Position numbers and translations under genes: made by a program. A stretch of DNA of 64,000 nucleotides from Gammaproteobacteria bacterium Ga0077554 (lineage in GTDB: Bacteria; Pseudomonadota; Gammaproteobacteria; Ga0077554; Ga007554): positions 1,094 through 65,093 of the forward strand of contig LNFF01000031.1 in NCBI GenBank assembly GCA_001464585.1. The letters run 5' to 3'. Below are positions 54,777 through 64,000 of the stretch, piece after piece. Under the pieces are notes generated by a model. The model saw only the letters and a program-made list of their open reading frames with translations, was not told the origin of the DNA and searched no databases. How positions within the stretch are numbered: the stretch's first letter is position 1; every line of letters begins with the position of its first letter.

Positions 54777-57289
54777 ACACCTTTGCCTTAGCCATGCGCA
54801 TGCTACGCCGTGACTGGCAGGCCGGTGAATTGCGCGTGCTCGCCGCCGCGCTGATTGTCGCCGTTACCAGCATCACTGCAGTGGGATTTTTCACTGACCG
54901 CATCAACCAGGCGCTGCATCGCCAGGCCAATGAATTGCTGGGCGCGGATCTGTTAATCGCTTCCGATCAACCACTCGCCGCCAATGTGCGTGATCTGACA
55001 CGTCAGCACGGCCTGCACAGCACCGAAACGCTGGATTTCCGCAGCATGGTAGTCGCAGGCGACAACACTCGCCTGGCAGAAATTAAAGCCGTCAGTGACG
55101 GCTACCCGTTGCGTGGCACGCTACGCACGGCGCCACAACGCTTTGCGCCCGATGCGCCTGCCGTTGGCGTCCCCGCGCCTGGCACGGTATGGCTTGATGC
55201 CGGGCTGCTCGGCCCGTTAAATCTCAACATCGGGGATGCCATCACACTGGGTGAAGCGCGGCTCACCGTCGCCGCCGTGCTCACCCACGAACCGGCGCGC
55301 GGCGGAGACTTGTTCAGCATCGCACCACGCCTGATGCTCAACGCCGCCGATGTGCCGCGCACTCAATTAGTCCAGCCCGCCAGCCGTGTACGCTATCACT
55401 TGCTGGTGGCGGGCGATAACGCGCAGGACATCAGCGCTTATCGCGCTGCCATCACACCCCTGTTAAAAACCGGTGAACGCATCGAAAGTATCGAAGATGC
55501 GCGCCCTGAATTACGCTCGGCACTGACGCGTGCTAGGAGCTTTCTCGGCCTCGCCGCGCTGGTGAGCGTGATGCTGGCCAGCGTCGCCATCGCCACCGCC
55601 ACACGCCGCTTTGTACTGCGGCATCTCGACAACTGCGCCATGATGCGTTGCCTGGGTGCGGTGCAGCGTGACATCACGCGTCTTTATGTATACCAGATTC
55701 TCGTGCTGGGTCTGACGGCCAGTGTGCTGGGCTGTGTGCTGGGTTATGCCGCGCAGGGCGTGCTGGTGAATATACTGGGCAGCATGGTGTCTGCAGAATT
55801 GCCGCCGCCTTCACTGTGGCCTGTGGTATCCGGCCTGCTTACTGGCATGATTACTCTGCTCGGTTTTTCCTTGCCCCCGTTGCTGCAACTGAAATCGGTA
55901 TCACCGCTACGCGTGCTGCGGCGCGATATTGGTGCGCCGCAAATATCTAATCTCACCGCGTATGGCGCAGGCATCACTGCGCTGGCGGCATTGATGCTAT
56001 GGCAAGCCGGTGAGATTAAACTCGGCCTGTATATGCTGGGCGGCACGGTGGTGACATTGCTGGCGCTTGGCGTGTTTACTGTGCTGCTCATGCGCGGCCT
56101 CCGGTTGTTACATCGCCATCACAGCGGACACAACAGCGTAGCCTGGCGCTTTGGCATGGCCAACATCACGCGCCGCGCCCAGGGCAGCGTAGTGCAAGTG
56201 GTCGGTTTCGGCATTGGCATCATGGCGCTGCTGCTGCTCACGCTGGTGCGTGGTGACTTGCTCGACGACTGGCAAAAAAGCCTGCCCGCCGACGCACCGA
56301 ATCGCTTCCTCATCAACATTCAGCCGGATCAAGTCGCGCCCATCCGCAGTTTTCTTGCAAACGCCCCAGCGATGGAAAAGCACGGTAAGCCAGTGCTATT
56401 CCCCATGATTCGCGGTCGCCTCACTGGTGTTAACGACAAACCCATCACACCTGAAAATTACACCGACGAACGCGCGCAACGCCTGGTCGCGCGCGAATTT
56501 AATTTATCGTGGGCGGCTGATATGCAAGCCGATAATAAAATTGTGGCGGGGTCATGGTGGAAACAAACTGATCCAGACAAACACGTCATCTCCGTCGAAG
56601 AAGGCCTCGCCACCACCCTCGGGTTGAAGCTGGGTGACAGCATGCAATTTTCCATCGCTGGCAGTGAATTCAACGCCACCATCACCAGCCTGCGCAAAGT
56701 GGAATGGGATTCCATGCACCCCAACTTCTTCGTGCTCGCCCCGCCCGGCGCGTTTGACACCTATCCCGCCAGCTTCATGACCAGCCTCTATGTGCCCATT
56801 GATAAACCCGACATCATGAATGCGCTCGTCAAAACCTTTCCCAACGTCACCATCATCGACGTCGCCGCCATCATGGCGCAAATCCGCCAGATCATGGAAC
56901 GCGTCACCCTCGCCGTGGAATACGTTTTCATGTTTACGCTGCTCGCCGGCCTGCTGGTGCTCTACGCCGCCATCCAGTCCACCCTCGACGAACGCATCCA
57001 CGAAAGCGCCATCCTGCGCACCCTCGGCGCGCGGCGCGGCCAGCTCCTCACCGGCCTGTTCGCCGAATTCGCCACCCTCGGCCTGCTCGCCGGCCTCGTC
57101 GCCGCCTGCGCCGCCACCCTGCTTGGCTACGTACTCGCCACCCAGTTATTTCACCTGCCCTACACCTTCAACCCCTGGCTATGGATCATCGGCGTGACCG
57201 GCGGCACCCTCGGCGTCGGCCTGGCCGGACTGCTCGGCACCCAGTTCATACTGCGCCAACCGCCATTGCAGACATTGCGGAATGCCTGA
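54773..57289 (+). CDS. ybbP: FtsX-family ABC transporter permease YbbP-like
   Basis: The 838-aa ORF has two FtsX-like four-TM modules. It overlaps ybbA by 4 nt. Confidence 0.88.
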   Translation: MNTFALAMRMLRRDWQAGELRVLAAALIVAVTSITAVGFFTDRINQALHRQANELLGADLLIASDQPLAANVRDLTRQHGLHSTETLDFRSMVVAGDNTRLAEIKAVSDGYPLRGTLRTAPQRFAPDAPAVGVPAPGTVWLDAGLLGPLNLNIGDAITLGEARLTVAAVLTHEPARGGDLFSIAPRLMLNAADVPRTQLVQPASRVRYHLLVAGDNAQDISAYRAAITPLLKTGERIESIEDARPELRSALTRARSFLGLAALVSVMLASVAIATATRRFVLRHLDNCAMMRCLGAVQRDITRLYVYQILVLGLTASVLGCVLGYAAQGVLVNILGSMVSAELPPPSLWPVVSGLLTGMITLLGFSLPPLLQLKSVSPLRVLRRDIGAPQISNLTAYGAGITALAALMLWQAGEIKLGLYMLGGTVVTLLALGVFTVLLMRGLRLLHRHHSGHNSVAWRFGMANITRRAQGSVVQVVGFGIGIMALLLLTLVRGDLLDDWQKSLPADAPNRFLINIQPDQVAPIRSFLANAPAMEKHGKPVLFPMIRGRLTGVNDKPITPENYTDERAQRLVAREFNLSWAADMQADNKIVAGSWWKQTDPDKHVISVEEGLATTLGLKLGDSMQFSIAGSEFNATITSLRKVEWDSMHPNFFVLAPPGAFDTYPASFMTSLYVPIDKPDIMNALVKTFPNVTIIDVAAIMAQIRQIMERVTLAVEYVFMFTLLAGLLVLYAAIQSTLDERIHESAILRTLGARRGQLLTGLFAEFATLGLLAGLVAACAATLLGYVLATQLFHLPYTFNPWLWIIGVTGGTLGVGLAGLLGTQFILRQPPLQTLRNA

Positions 57290-57345
57290 AATCCCACGCC
57301 ACCACTTAACTGCACAAACAGCGCCGCTATACCCTCACAATCCCC

Positions 57346-57376
57346 CTTGAAAGAAACAGGCAGCGATCCCATTTTA
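57346..57376 (+). promoter_or_regulatory. Sigma-32 (RpoH) heat-shock promoter of hsp20
   Basis: CTTGAAA (57346-57352), a 14-nt spacer, then tCCCATTT (57367-57374). The consensus is CTTGAAA-N13-15-CCCCATNT. Confidence 0.75.
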
Positions 57377-57456
57377 AAAAAACGCATCCTGATTGGGGAT
57401 GTGCAGGGAATTTTTCCCTGCTCTTTCCAGATCAAACTCAAGTAAGGAGGTTAACC

Positions 57457-57909
57457 ATGAATCTGAAACGTTATGAACCCTTAAGTCTGTTTAGCCAGTT
57501 ACAAAATGAAGTCAATAAGCTGTTTGACAATCGTGCCGGAATATTGGACGGAGGTGAAAATTTCCCCACTATTACCACTGCCGAGTGGGCGCCTGCCGTT
57601 GACATCAAAGAAGAGCCTGACCGTTTTGTCGTCAAAGCCGATCTGCCGGGAGTGCAGAGCAAAGATGTTGATGTGAGCATGGAAAATGGGATGCTGTCCA
57701 TCAAAGGCGAGCGCAAAGCCGAAACTCAGGACGAGCACGATGGCTACAAGCGCGTTGAGTGCTCTTATGGCAGCTTTTATCGCCGCTTCAGCTTGCCCAC
57801 TACTGCAAATGCCGACAAAATCACCGCCAAACTCAAGGACGGCGTACTGGAAGTGGTCATTCCCAAAAAAGAGGGCGTGCAGCCACGTAAAATTTCCGTA
57901 CAAGGATAA
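57457..57909 (+). CDS. Small heat-shock protein (Hsp20/alpha-crystallin family)
   Basis: The alpha-crystallin domain is present (WAPAVDIKEEPDRFVVKADLPGV...GVLEVVIPKKE). Confidence 0.93.
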   Translation: MNLKRYEPLSLFSQLQNEVNKLFDNRAGILDGGENFPTITTAEWAPAVDIKEEPDRFVVKADLPGVQSKDVDVSMENGMLSIKGERKAETQDEHDGYKRVECSYGSFYRRFSLPTTANADKITAKLKDGVLEVVIPKKEGVQPRKISVQG

Positions 57910-57941
57910 TCCTTTGAAGTGGATTAAAGGTATCCAGCAAA

Positions 57942-57968
57942 GGGCAGGGGCTTGTTCCTGCCCTTTTT
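57942..57968 (+). terminator. Intrinsic terminator of hsp20
   Basis: gggcagg-ggcttgtt-cctgccc followed by ttttt. Confidence 0.8.
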
Positions 57969-58034
57969 AGTGGAACTGTTTTTATGCAGACAAGGTCTCA
58001 CGCCACGATGGGTGCACGCGCCCTTTGTATGATT

Positions 58035-58110
58035 GTCATTTCGAATGCAATGAGAAATCCTGGCTTTCAATCTCAAAAAATAAAGGATTTCTCATTGCAT
58101 TCGAAATGAC
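58035..58110. repeat. Inverted pair of GTCAT-type units
   Basis: gtcatttcgaatgcaatgagaaatcc (58035-58060) and its exact reverse complement (58085-58110) are separated by 24 nt. Confidence 0.8.
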
Positions 58111-58163
58111 ATTGATCATCAAAAGATCTTATCAACAACCCCAAGATATGGCATAGTAACCTC

Positions 58164-59543
58164 ATGACAAACCCTCAAAAATCTCTCACCACCCTGCTGT
58201 TCACCGTGATTTTAGCAAGTGTCACGCCCACCCTGGCGGCATTGCCGGACGCGGACAGTCAGGGCAATATATTACCCACCCTGGCCCCCATGCTCGACAA
58301 AGCCACGCCCGCCGTCGTGAACATTTCCACGCGTGGCCGGGTGCGGATAGAAGATAATCCGCTGCTACAAGACCCCTTCTTCCGCCGCTTTTTTGGCGCG
58401 CCCCCGGATATGCCCCGCGAACGCCCCACCCAAAGCCTCGGCTCCGGCGTCATTATTGATGCCGCCAAAGGCTATGTGTTGACCAATAATCATGTCATCG
58501 CCAAAGCCGAAGAAATTACCGTCACCCTGCGTGACGGGCGTACTATGACGGCCAAACTGGTGGGCACAGATCCCGAAACCGACGTGGCCGTGATTCAGAT
58601 TCCCGCCAAAAATATCGCCGCGCTGCCCATCGCCGATTCCGAAAAACTGCGCGTGGGTGATTTCGTGGTCGCCATCGGCAACCCGTTTGGCCTCGGGCAA
58701 ACCGTCACCTCCGGCATCGTCAGCGCACTCGGGCGCACGGGTCTTGGCATTGAAGGTTACGAAAACTTTATCCAAACCGACGCCTCGATCAACCCCGGTA
58801 ACTCCGGCGGCGCGCTGGTGAATTTGCGCGGTGAACTGGTCGGCATCAACACCGCCATTTATGCACCAGGCGGCGGCAACATCGGCATCGGCTTTGCCAT
58901 TCCCACCAACATGGCGCGCGACATCATGCGGCAACTGGTCGAGTTTGGCGAAGTAAAACGCGGCCGACTCGGCGTGCAAATGCAAAACCTCACACCCGAT
59001 CTCGCCAAAGCCTTTAACATTGAGGAACAGCAAGGCGCAGTGATTGCCAAAATCACCAAGGGCTCACCCGCAGACAAGGCCGGGCTGGAAGTGGGCGACA
59101 TTGTCACCACCATCAATGGCCGCCCGGTGAACGATGCTTCAACGATACGCACCACGGTAGGCCTGATGCGCGTCGGCGAAAAAATTGCCATGGGTATCCT
59201 CCGCAATGGCAAGCCACGCAACATAACCCTGGTATTAGGCGCAGCCGAACAAGTCAAGGTAAACGCGGAAAATCTCACCCAGCGCCTGGCAGGCGCAACA
59301 CTGGCGCCCATTGAAGAAGGATCCCCGTTATACCGGCGCGTGGAAGGCATGGTCGTGGTTAATGTCGAGCCCGGCAGCCGCGCCTGGAACGCCAGCTTGC
59401 GCAAAGGTGATATTATCATCTCCATTAACCGTCAGCCCGTGCGCACCACCGAAGAACTGGAACGTGCCATAAAAGGCAGCGACAAACGCATGCTGCTGAA
59501 TATCCGGCGCGGCAATAGCTCAATGTTTATTGTAATTCAATAG
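58164..59543 (+). CDS. Periplasmic Do-family serine endoprotease (DegP/DegQ/HtrA) with two PDZ domains
   Basis: It has a signal peptide and a catalytic triad context (TNNHVI; DVAVIQI; GNSGGALVN), followed by two PDZ regions. Confidence 0.93.
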   Translation: MTNPQKSLTTLLFTVILASVTPTLAALPDADSQGNILPTLAPMLDKATPAVVNISTRGRVRIEDNPLLQDPFFRRFFGAPPDMPRERPTQSLGSGVIIDAAKGYVLTNNHVIAKAEEITVTLRDGRTMTAKLVGTDPETDVAVIQIPAKNIAALPIADSEKLRVGDFVVAIGNPFGLGQTVTSGIVSALGRTGLGIEGYENFIQTDASINPGNSGGALVNLRGELVGINTAIYAPGGGNIGIGFAIPTNMARDIMRQLVEFGEVKRGRLGVQMQNLTPDLAKAFNIEEQQGAVIAKITKGSPADKAGLEVGDIVTTINGRPVNDASTIRTTVGLMRVGEKIAMGILRNGKPRNITLVLGAAEQVKVNAENLTQRLAGATLAPIEEGSPLYRRVEGMVVVNVEPGSRAWNASLRKGDIIISINRQPVRTTEELERAIKGSDKRMLLNIRRGNSSMFIVIQ

Positions 59544-59593
59544 TATACTTTAGTAACTGATTTCAGGCGATTGAGCGCCACTGGAAACTTTTC

Positions 59594-59854
59594 GTGGGAA
59601 AATACACAAAGATTCTTCAAAGCATTCTTGGCGGGAAGTCGGATGCGAATATTCGCTTCCCGGATCTTGTCCGGTTTTTGTTGCGCCTGGGATTCGATGA
59701 ACGAATTCGCGGGAGCCATCACATTTTCACCAAAAAGAATATTGATGAAATCGTGAATCTGCAACCCAAAGATTCTATGGCTAAACCCTATCAGGTGAAA
59801 CAAGTGCGGAATGTGATTCTCAAATACAAGCTGGGAGTAGGCGAAGATGAATAG
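59594..59854 (+). CDS. hicA: HicA-family type II toxin (mRNA interferase)
   Basis: The 86-aa ORF has a GTG start and a core motif (LLRLGFDERIRGSHHIF...) typical of HicA/YcfA. It overlaps the hicB-like gene by 8 nt. Confidence 0.65.
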   Translation: MGKYTKILQSILGGKSDANIRFPDLVRFLLRLGFDERIRGSHHIFTKKNIDEIVNLQPKDSMAKPYQVKQVRNVILKYKLGVGEDE

Positions 59855-60056
59855 ATACGAGATGATCATTTATTGGAGCGGGGAAGATCAGGCTTTTGTC
59901 GTGGAAGTGCCTGAGTTACCGGGGTGCATAGCGGACGGCGCCACCTACGTAGAGGCCGTAGCCAATGCCGAAAAAGTGATTGGGGAGTGGATTCAAGTGG
60001 CCAAAGAACTTGGCCGTCCAATCCCCGAGCCTCGTGGGCGATTGATGTACGCCTGA
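59847..60056 (+). CDS. hicB: HicB-family antitoxin (UPF0150 fold)
   Basis: YEMIIYWSGEDQAFVVEVPELPGCIADGATYVEAVANAEKVIGEWI is a typical short HicB. Confidence 0.7.
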   Translation: MNRYEMIIYWSGEDQAFVVEVPELPGCIADGATYVEAVANAEKVIGEWIQVAKELGRPIPEPRGRLMYA

Positions 60057-60083
60057 ATCAGCTTATAACCCGGACACTCCCAA

Positions 60084-62879
60084 ATGAAAAAAAATATGCC
60101 ACTTTCTATTCGCACACGAACCATTTTACTCGCCAGCCTGATAGCAACAGGAAGCTTGGCCGGTTGCGGCAAAACCAACCTCAGCGACATTGAACACATC
60201 GAACGCGCCAAGGATTTTCAGGACAAAGGCGACCTCACCGCCAGCGTCATTGAGCTCAAGAGCGCCTTGCAGCAAAGCCCGGACAATTTGGAAGCGCGAT
60301 GGCTTTTGGGGGAGATTTATGTCAAGAAAGGCTTTGGGGCCGAGGCAGAAAAAGAATTGATCAGGGCCCGCGAGCTTGGTGTTGAAGGTGAATCGATCAA
60401 GATCCCCATGGGTCGGGCGCTCTTGATGCAAGGGAAGTTCAAGCGTGTGCTCGAAGAAATCAGCCCCTCAGCCAGCACCTCCCAGAGAAATAAGGCAGCA
60501 ATCCTCCAGATGCATGGTGACGCCAAACTCGGCCTGAACCAGATGGAAGAGGGCTGCCAGTTATATAAGGACTCGCTCGGCGTTGATCCCAAGCACGTGC
60601 CAGCCTATTGGGGTCTTGCCAATTGCGCCCTTGCAAAAAGGAATCTCAGCGAGACCCGGGCCATGATAGATACGGCCATCAAAATCGACGGCGCCGATCC
60701 TGAGAGTTGGGTGGTTCTCGGGGAATTCGAGCGCCTGAACAACAAACATCAGGCGGCGGCGCAAGCCTACTCTACAGCCTTGAAGCACGACCCGAACAAT
60801 CTCAATGCGTTATTTGGCCGCGCCCAGATTTATGCCTATACCGGCAAACCGACGGAAGCGAGAGCGGATCTGGAGAACCTCAAGAAGCTCGCCCCCGGTT
60901 ACTTCGGAATCCACTTTGTGGAGGCCGTGCTGAACTATAGCGCGGGCAAGACAGACCAAGCTCTGGATTCCGTCCAGCGAGCACTCAAATCTCATCCCGA
61001 CTATTTGCCTGGCAAGCTGCTCTTCGCCCTGGTGCAATATGACAGAAAGGCCTATGAGGAGGCAGCGATAGCATTGACCGGTTACCTGGAACGGGCTCCC
61101 GGTCACCTTGATGTACGCAAGCTGCTGGCCGCCGCCTATCTGAAATTGGGCCAGCCGGATCGCTCCCTAGAGCTGCTGAAGCCGTACATTGCCGCAGGCA
61201 AAGCCGATGCCCAGGTGCTGGCTCTGGCAGGGGAGGCCCATCTGCGCAGCGATGATCCTTCTTCAGCCAAAGTGTTTTTCGAGAAGGCGGCCGACCTGGT
61301 TCCCACCAGCACCGCCCTTCGCACCCAAGTGGGTTTGAGCCATCTGGTAGCCGGAGAGGAAGCCCAGGCCATCAAGGAACTGGAAGCTTCTTCCGCTATG
61401 GCTGGCAAGGATTACAGGGCAGACGTAGCGCTCGCCTATTATTTCCTCTCTGAGGGGCAATTCGACAAAGCGCTGGCGGCAATAGCCGTACTGGAGAAAA
61501 AACTGCCTGACAGCCCCGGCACCTACAGCCTCAAAGGCCAGGCCTACCTGGGCAAAAAGGACTTCGCCCAGGCGCGCAAGAACTTTGAGCGCGCTATGGC
61601 TTTGGAACCCACCCTCGTCTCCGCCGCGGTGAGGCTAGCGGCGATAGATCTGCAGGAGAAGAACTTCTCTGCCGCCCGGGGTCGCTACCAGGCAATCCTG
61701 GACAAAGACAGCAAGAACGTCCCGGCCATGGTCGGTCTGGCCGAGTTGGCAGCGTTGGAGAAAAAAGAGAGTGAATACCTGGCCTGGTTGGAGCGGGCGG
61801 CGAAGGCCAGCCCTGCGGCGCTTGTGCCCCGCGCTTTTCTGGCCAATTACTATCTCGGTAAAAACCAGTTGCAGAAAGCATTGACTCTTGCCCGTGAGGC
61901 GGTAACCAGTAACCCCGGCAGCACCGATGCCCTGGAACTCCTTGGCCGGATGCAACTGGCAGCGGGTGAGAAAGAAAATGCCGTGGCAACTTATACCAAA
62001 CTCGCAGCCATTGCACCGAAATCGCCTACCGCCCAGTATGATCTGGCCAAAGCCCACGCGGCCATGGCTGACGAAAAGGCGATGCGCGGCGCCTTACTCA
62101 AGGCTCTTGAACTCAAGCCCGACTATAGCGATGCGCTGGCTGCCCTCTCTGCGCTGGAACGCCGCACCGGCAAGCAGACGGAAGCCATAAGGCTCGCCCG
62201 CAAGCTTCAGGCCAGCGTTGCGGATTCGCCCCGCGGGTTTGCCTTGGAAGGGGATGCACTGATGGTAGAAAAGCGCTATACCGAGGCGACCAGCGCCTAC
62301 GAGAAGGCGCTGGCAAAGGGCAAGGACAGTGAGTTGGTAGTCAAGCAGCATCTGGCGCTGCTACGTTCAGGGAACGCAAGCAAGGCGGACGACATGCTCC
62401 TGGGCTGGCTCAGGGCGCATCCCCAAGACCAGATAGCCATGGCCTACCTCGCAGAGAGCTATACCAGACGGGGGCTTAGACAAGAGGCGATCAGGCAGTA
62501 CGAAACCGTTCTAAGCTCGGTACCAAATAATGCCGTGGTACTCAATAACCTGGCGGTTCTCTACCAGCAACAGCAGGATCCCAGAGCCTTGCCGATGGCA
62601 GAGAAGGCCTACAAGCTCGATCCAGACAGTCCTGCCTATGCCGATACGCTTGGCTGGATCCTGATCCAACAAGGTCAGTCTGGGCGCGGCCTTCAACTCC
62701 TTGAAAAAGCCGTCGCCGATGCCCCAAAGAACCAGGAAATACGTTTTCATTTCGCCTACGCGCTAGTCCATGCGGGTCAAACGTCTCAGGCACGCCAGGA
62801 AATAGGCCGGTTGCAGAACATGAAGCTCAGCCCGGAATTGGAACAGCAGGTGGGGCAGTTATTGCAGCGACTCCACTGA
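60084..62879 (+). CDS. prsT: PEP-CTERM system TPR-repeat lipoprotein (PrsT-like)
   Basis: The 931-aa ORF has a lipobox (SLAGC) and is almost entirely TPR repeats. Its size and architecture fit the PrsT family, and a PEP-CTERM protein gene is adjacent. Confidence 0.75.
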   Translation: MKKNMPLSIRTRTILLASLIATGSLAGCGKTNLSDIEHIERAKDFQDKGDLTASVIELKSALQQSPDNLEARWLLGEIYVKKGFGAEAEKELIRARELGVEGESIKIPMGRALLMQGKFKRVLEEISPSASTSQRNKAAILQMHGDAKLGLNQMEEGCQLYKDSLGVDPKHVPAYWGLANCALAKRNLSETRAMIDTAIKIDGADPESWVVLGEFERLNNKHQAAAQAYSTALKHDPNNLNALFGRAQIYAYTGKPTEARADLENLKKLAPGYFGIHFVEAVLNYSAGKTDQALDSVQRALKSHPDYLPGKLLFALVQYDRKAYEEAAIALTGYLERAPGHLDVRKLLAAAYLKLGQPDRSLELLKPYIAAGKADAQVLALAGEAHLRSDDPSSAKVFFEKAADLVPTSTALRTQVGLSHLVAGEEAQAIKELEASSAMAGKDYRADVALAYYFLSEGQFDKALAAIAVLEKKLPDSPGTYSLKGQAYLGKKDFAQARKNFERAMALEPTLVSAAVRLAAIDLQEKNFSAARGRYQAILDKDSKNVPAMVGLAELAALEKKESEYLAWLERAAKASPAALVPRAFLANYYLGKNQLQKALTLAREAVTSNPGSTDALELLGRMQLAAGEKENAVATYTKLAAIAPKSPTAQYDLAKAHAAMADEKAMRGALLKALELKPDYSDALAALSALERRTGKQTEAIRLARKLQASVADSPRGFALEGDALMVEKRYTEATSAYEKALAKGKDSELVVKQHLALLRSGNASKADDMLLGWLRAHPQDQIAMAYLAESYTRRGLRQEAIRQYETVLSSVPNNAVVLNNLAVLYQQQQDPRALPMAEKAYKLDPDSPAYADTLGWILIQQGQSGRGLQLLEKAVADAPKNQEIRFHFAYALVHAGQTSQARQEIGRLQNMKLSPELEQQVGQLLQRLH

Positions 62880-63234
62880 AACGGGCAGGCGATCAACGAG
62901 CGCTAAACACGCTACCTACCTGATTCGCGAGCCGCAGACGTAGCCCGCTTGTTAGCTGGGGGGTTTATTCCTCCGTGCCAATGACTTCGATGGTTCGCAG
63001 GTGGATTGTTGCAGGTGAACCGGGAAAACGCCGAAGCGTGGCACGTCCTGGGGCAGTCACACACAAGGAGAAGAGTTTTTCGGAAGTGGGGGGGGTTGTT
63101 CATGTTCATGCGGGTGCACAGGCTAACCGAGTGGGCTGACACTGCCGTGCCATCAATCGACAGTTCGTCGAGCCGAGCCGCCGGCTGAGGACTTGCACCT
63201 CCAAATGAATGCGGCACTCTGCCGTACAGGCCAC

Positions 63235-63259
63235 AAAAAACCCCCTCACAGGGAGGGGG
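63235..63259 (-). terminator. Intrinsic terminator of the PEP-CTERM protein gene
   Basis: The minus strand reads ccccctc-cctgt-gaggggg followed by tttttt, 43 nt after the stop codon. Confidence 0.8.
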
Positions 63260-63301
63260 TCAATCATAGTCTAACTTATTGTTGTGCAGGGTTTGTCAGG
63301 A

Positions 63302-64000
63302 TTAGGCGCGACGGCGACGCATTGCACCCAAGCCCAGCAGTCCGATTCCCAGCAAGGCCAAGCTGGCCGGTTCGGGCACGAATTTTTGGGCATCGAAATC
63401 GCTATGGGCAACGGCTCCATTCGCAAGACCTCGCCCTCCTGTAAGGGTACCGCTGCCCGTGAGTTGCACACAGCCATCGGCAATGTAACCCGGGGTACCA
63501 CAAGGGAGCCCCGTTGCTATGTTGGTGAATTCCACCGCGCCAGTTGAATTAAAAAGAGTGCTTAACGCCACGTTGAATGAGGCTACCAGTATCGAATTGT
63601 TTGTGCCCAAAACAGTGCCTATATCACCACCACCTGGAAGGATCTGGGTTGCGACCCACAACTCATCTGGATCGCCCAGGAACCCGTCTACCTGATACAA
63701 AGTACCCAAGGTTGCCTGCTCAACACAGTCGCTGAAGCTGGTGCAATTGGTAGCTGCATTAACAGCCCTGTCAAGTTCGAGGTTTCTATCTATGCCTCCA
63801 CCTGGCGCACCATTGAAAAACATGGCGACTGCTGCCCCTGCACCGAGGGCTGGCCCAGAATAGCCAGCGAGCGAAGATAGTGGGATGCTAGGAGTTCCAA
63901 AGATATATTGGGCGCCGACCCCTGCACCAATTATGGCTTGTAACGTAACTGCCGCCACACCGGTTAGTTCCTGGCCAGCAGGAATACCGTTACTACCACC
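63302..64000 (-). CDS. PEP-CTERM sorting-domain secreted protein (5' end probably off the window)
   Basis: The C-terminus VPEPASLALLGIGLLGLGAMRRRRA is the canonical PEP-CTERM motif, TM helix and Arg cluster. The frame stays open to the window edge. Confidence 0.85.
   Translation of the reverse strand, partial: GGSNGIPAGQELTGVAAVTLQAIIGAGVGAQYIFGTPSIPLSSLAGYSGPALGAGAAVAMFFNGAPGGGIDRNLELDRAVNAATNCTSFSDCVEQATLGTLYQVDGFLGDPDELWVATQILPGGGDIGTVLGTNNSILVASFNVALSTLFNSTGAVEFTNIATGLPCGTPGYIADGCVQLTGSGTLTGGRGLANGAVAHSDFDAQKFVPEPASLALLGIGLLGLGAMRRRRA

Noticed and set aside
63006-63188. 60-aa ORF with a TPR-like stretch as a real gene
   Set aside because: It has no RBS, only about 15 residues look TPR-like and the rest is low-complexity. 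It is treated as a possible gene fragment only.

Overview
This is a chromosomal segment of a flagellated proteobacterium with PEP-CTERM sorting signals. As I recall, the engB | polA | DUF2782-thrB gene order is typical of Pseudomonas and many Betaproteobacteria, and I cannot place the organism more precisely from sequence alone. Most of the window is ordinary core genome:
- a complete type II secretion operon, gspC to gspN (about 19.0-30.9 kb), followed by minCDE;
- a PadR/DUF4188/DUF2306 operon, then rlmI, a usp gene and an Atm1-like ABC exporter;
- a chemotaxis and flagellar cluster (cheR, cheV, flgA, flgM, flgN and a YcgR-like PilZ gene) with recognisable sigma-28 promoters;
- tRNA-Ala(CGC) and tRNA-Arg(CCU);
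- phoB-phoR-pstS with Pho boxes, then cysS, gltX, ppiA and lpxH;
- a DMT transporter, fghA, tesA | ybbA-ybbP, a sigma-32-driven hsp20 and an htrA/degQ-type protease;
- a hicAB toxin-antitoxin pair, a PrsT-type PEP-CTERM TPR lipoprotein and a partial PEP-CTERM protein.

The left 6 kb is a decaying c-di-GMP and two-component locus. An IS3-family element truncates a PAS-GGDEF gene. The neighbouring CHASE sensor kinase carries two frameshifts and an internal deletion.

I found no convincing novel protein-coding system such as a defence island. The unexplained signal is in non-coding DNA:
1. Two tandem, structurally conserved, terminator-bearing RNAs of about 125 nt lie on the minus strand between engB and polA. 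Every hairpin loop in them is C-rich (CCUCC/CCCC), which resembles an anti-Shine-Dalgarno sequence.
2. A 141-bp palindromic MITE flanked by TTA is present in two copies whose arms differ by compensatory changes. One copy is inserted in frame inside a membrane-protein gene. The other supplies the stop codon of a cNMP-binding gene.
3. There is a second, 204-bp TIR element, a 38-nt core repeat and a family of GTCAT palindromic units.
4. An orphan plus-strand terminator with a CCUCCC single-stranded stretch lies beside cysS.
5. Three DnaA-box-like sites are clustered downstream of thrB.
6. The gspG leader contains a triplicated 24-bp unit that encodes the prepilin cleavage motif.

Every call is based on reading the sequence and the ORF translations. 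No database search was run.
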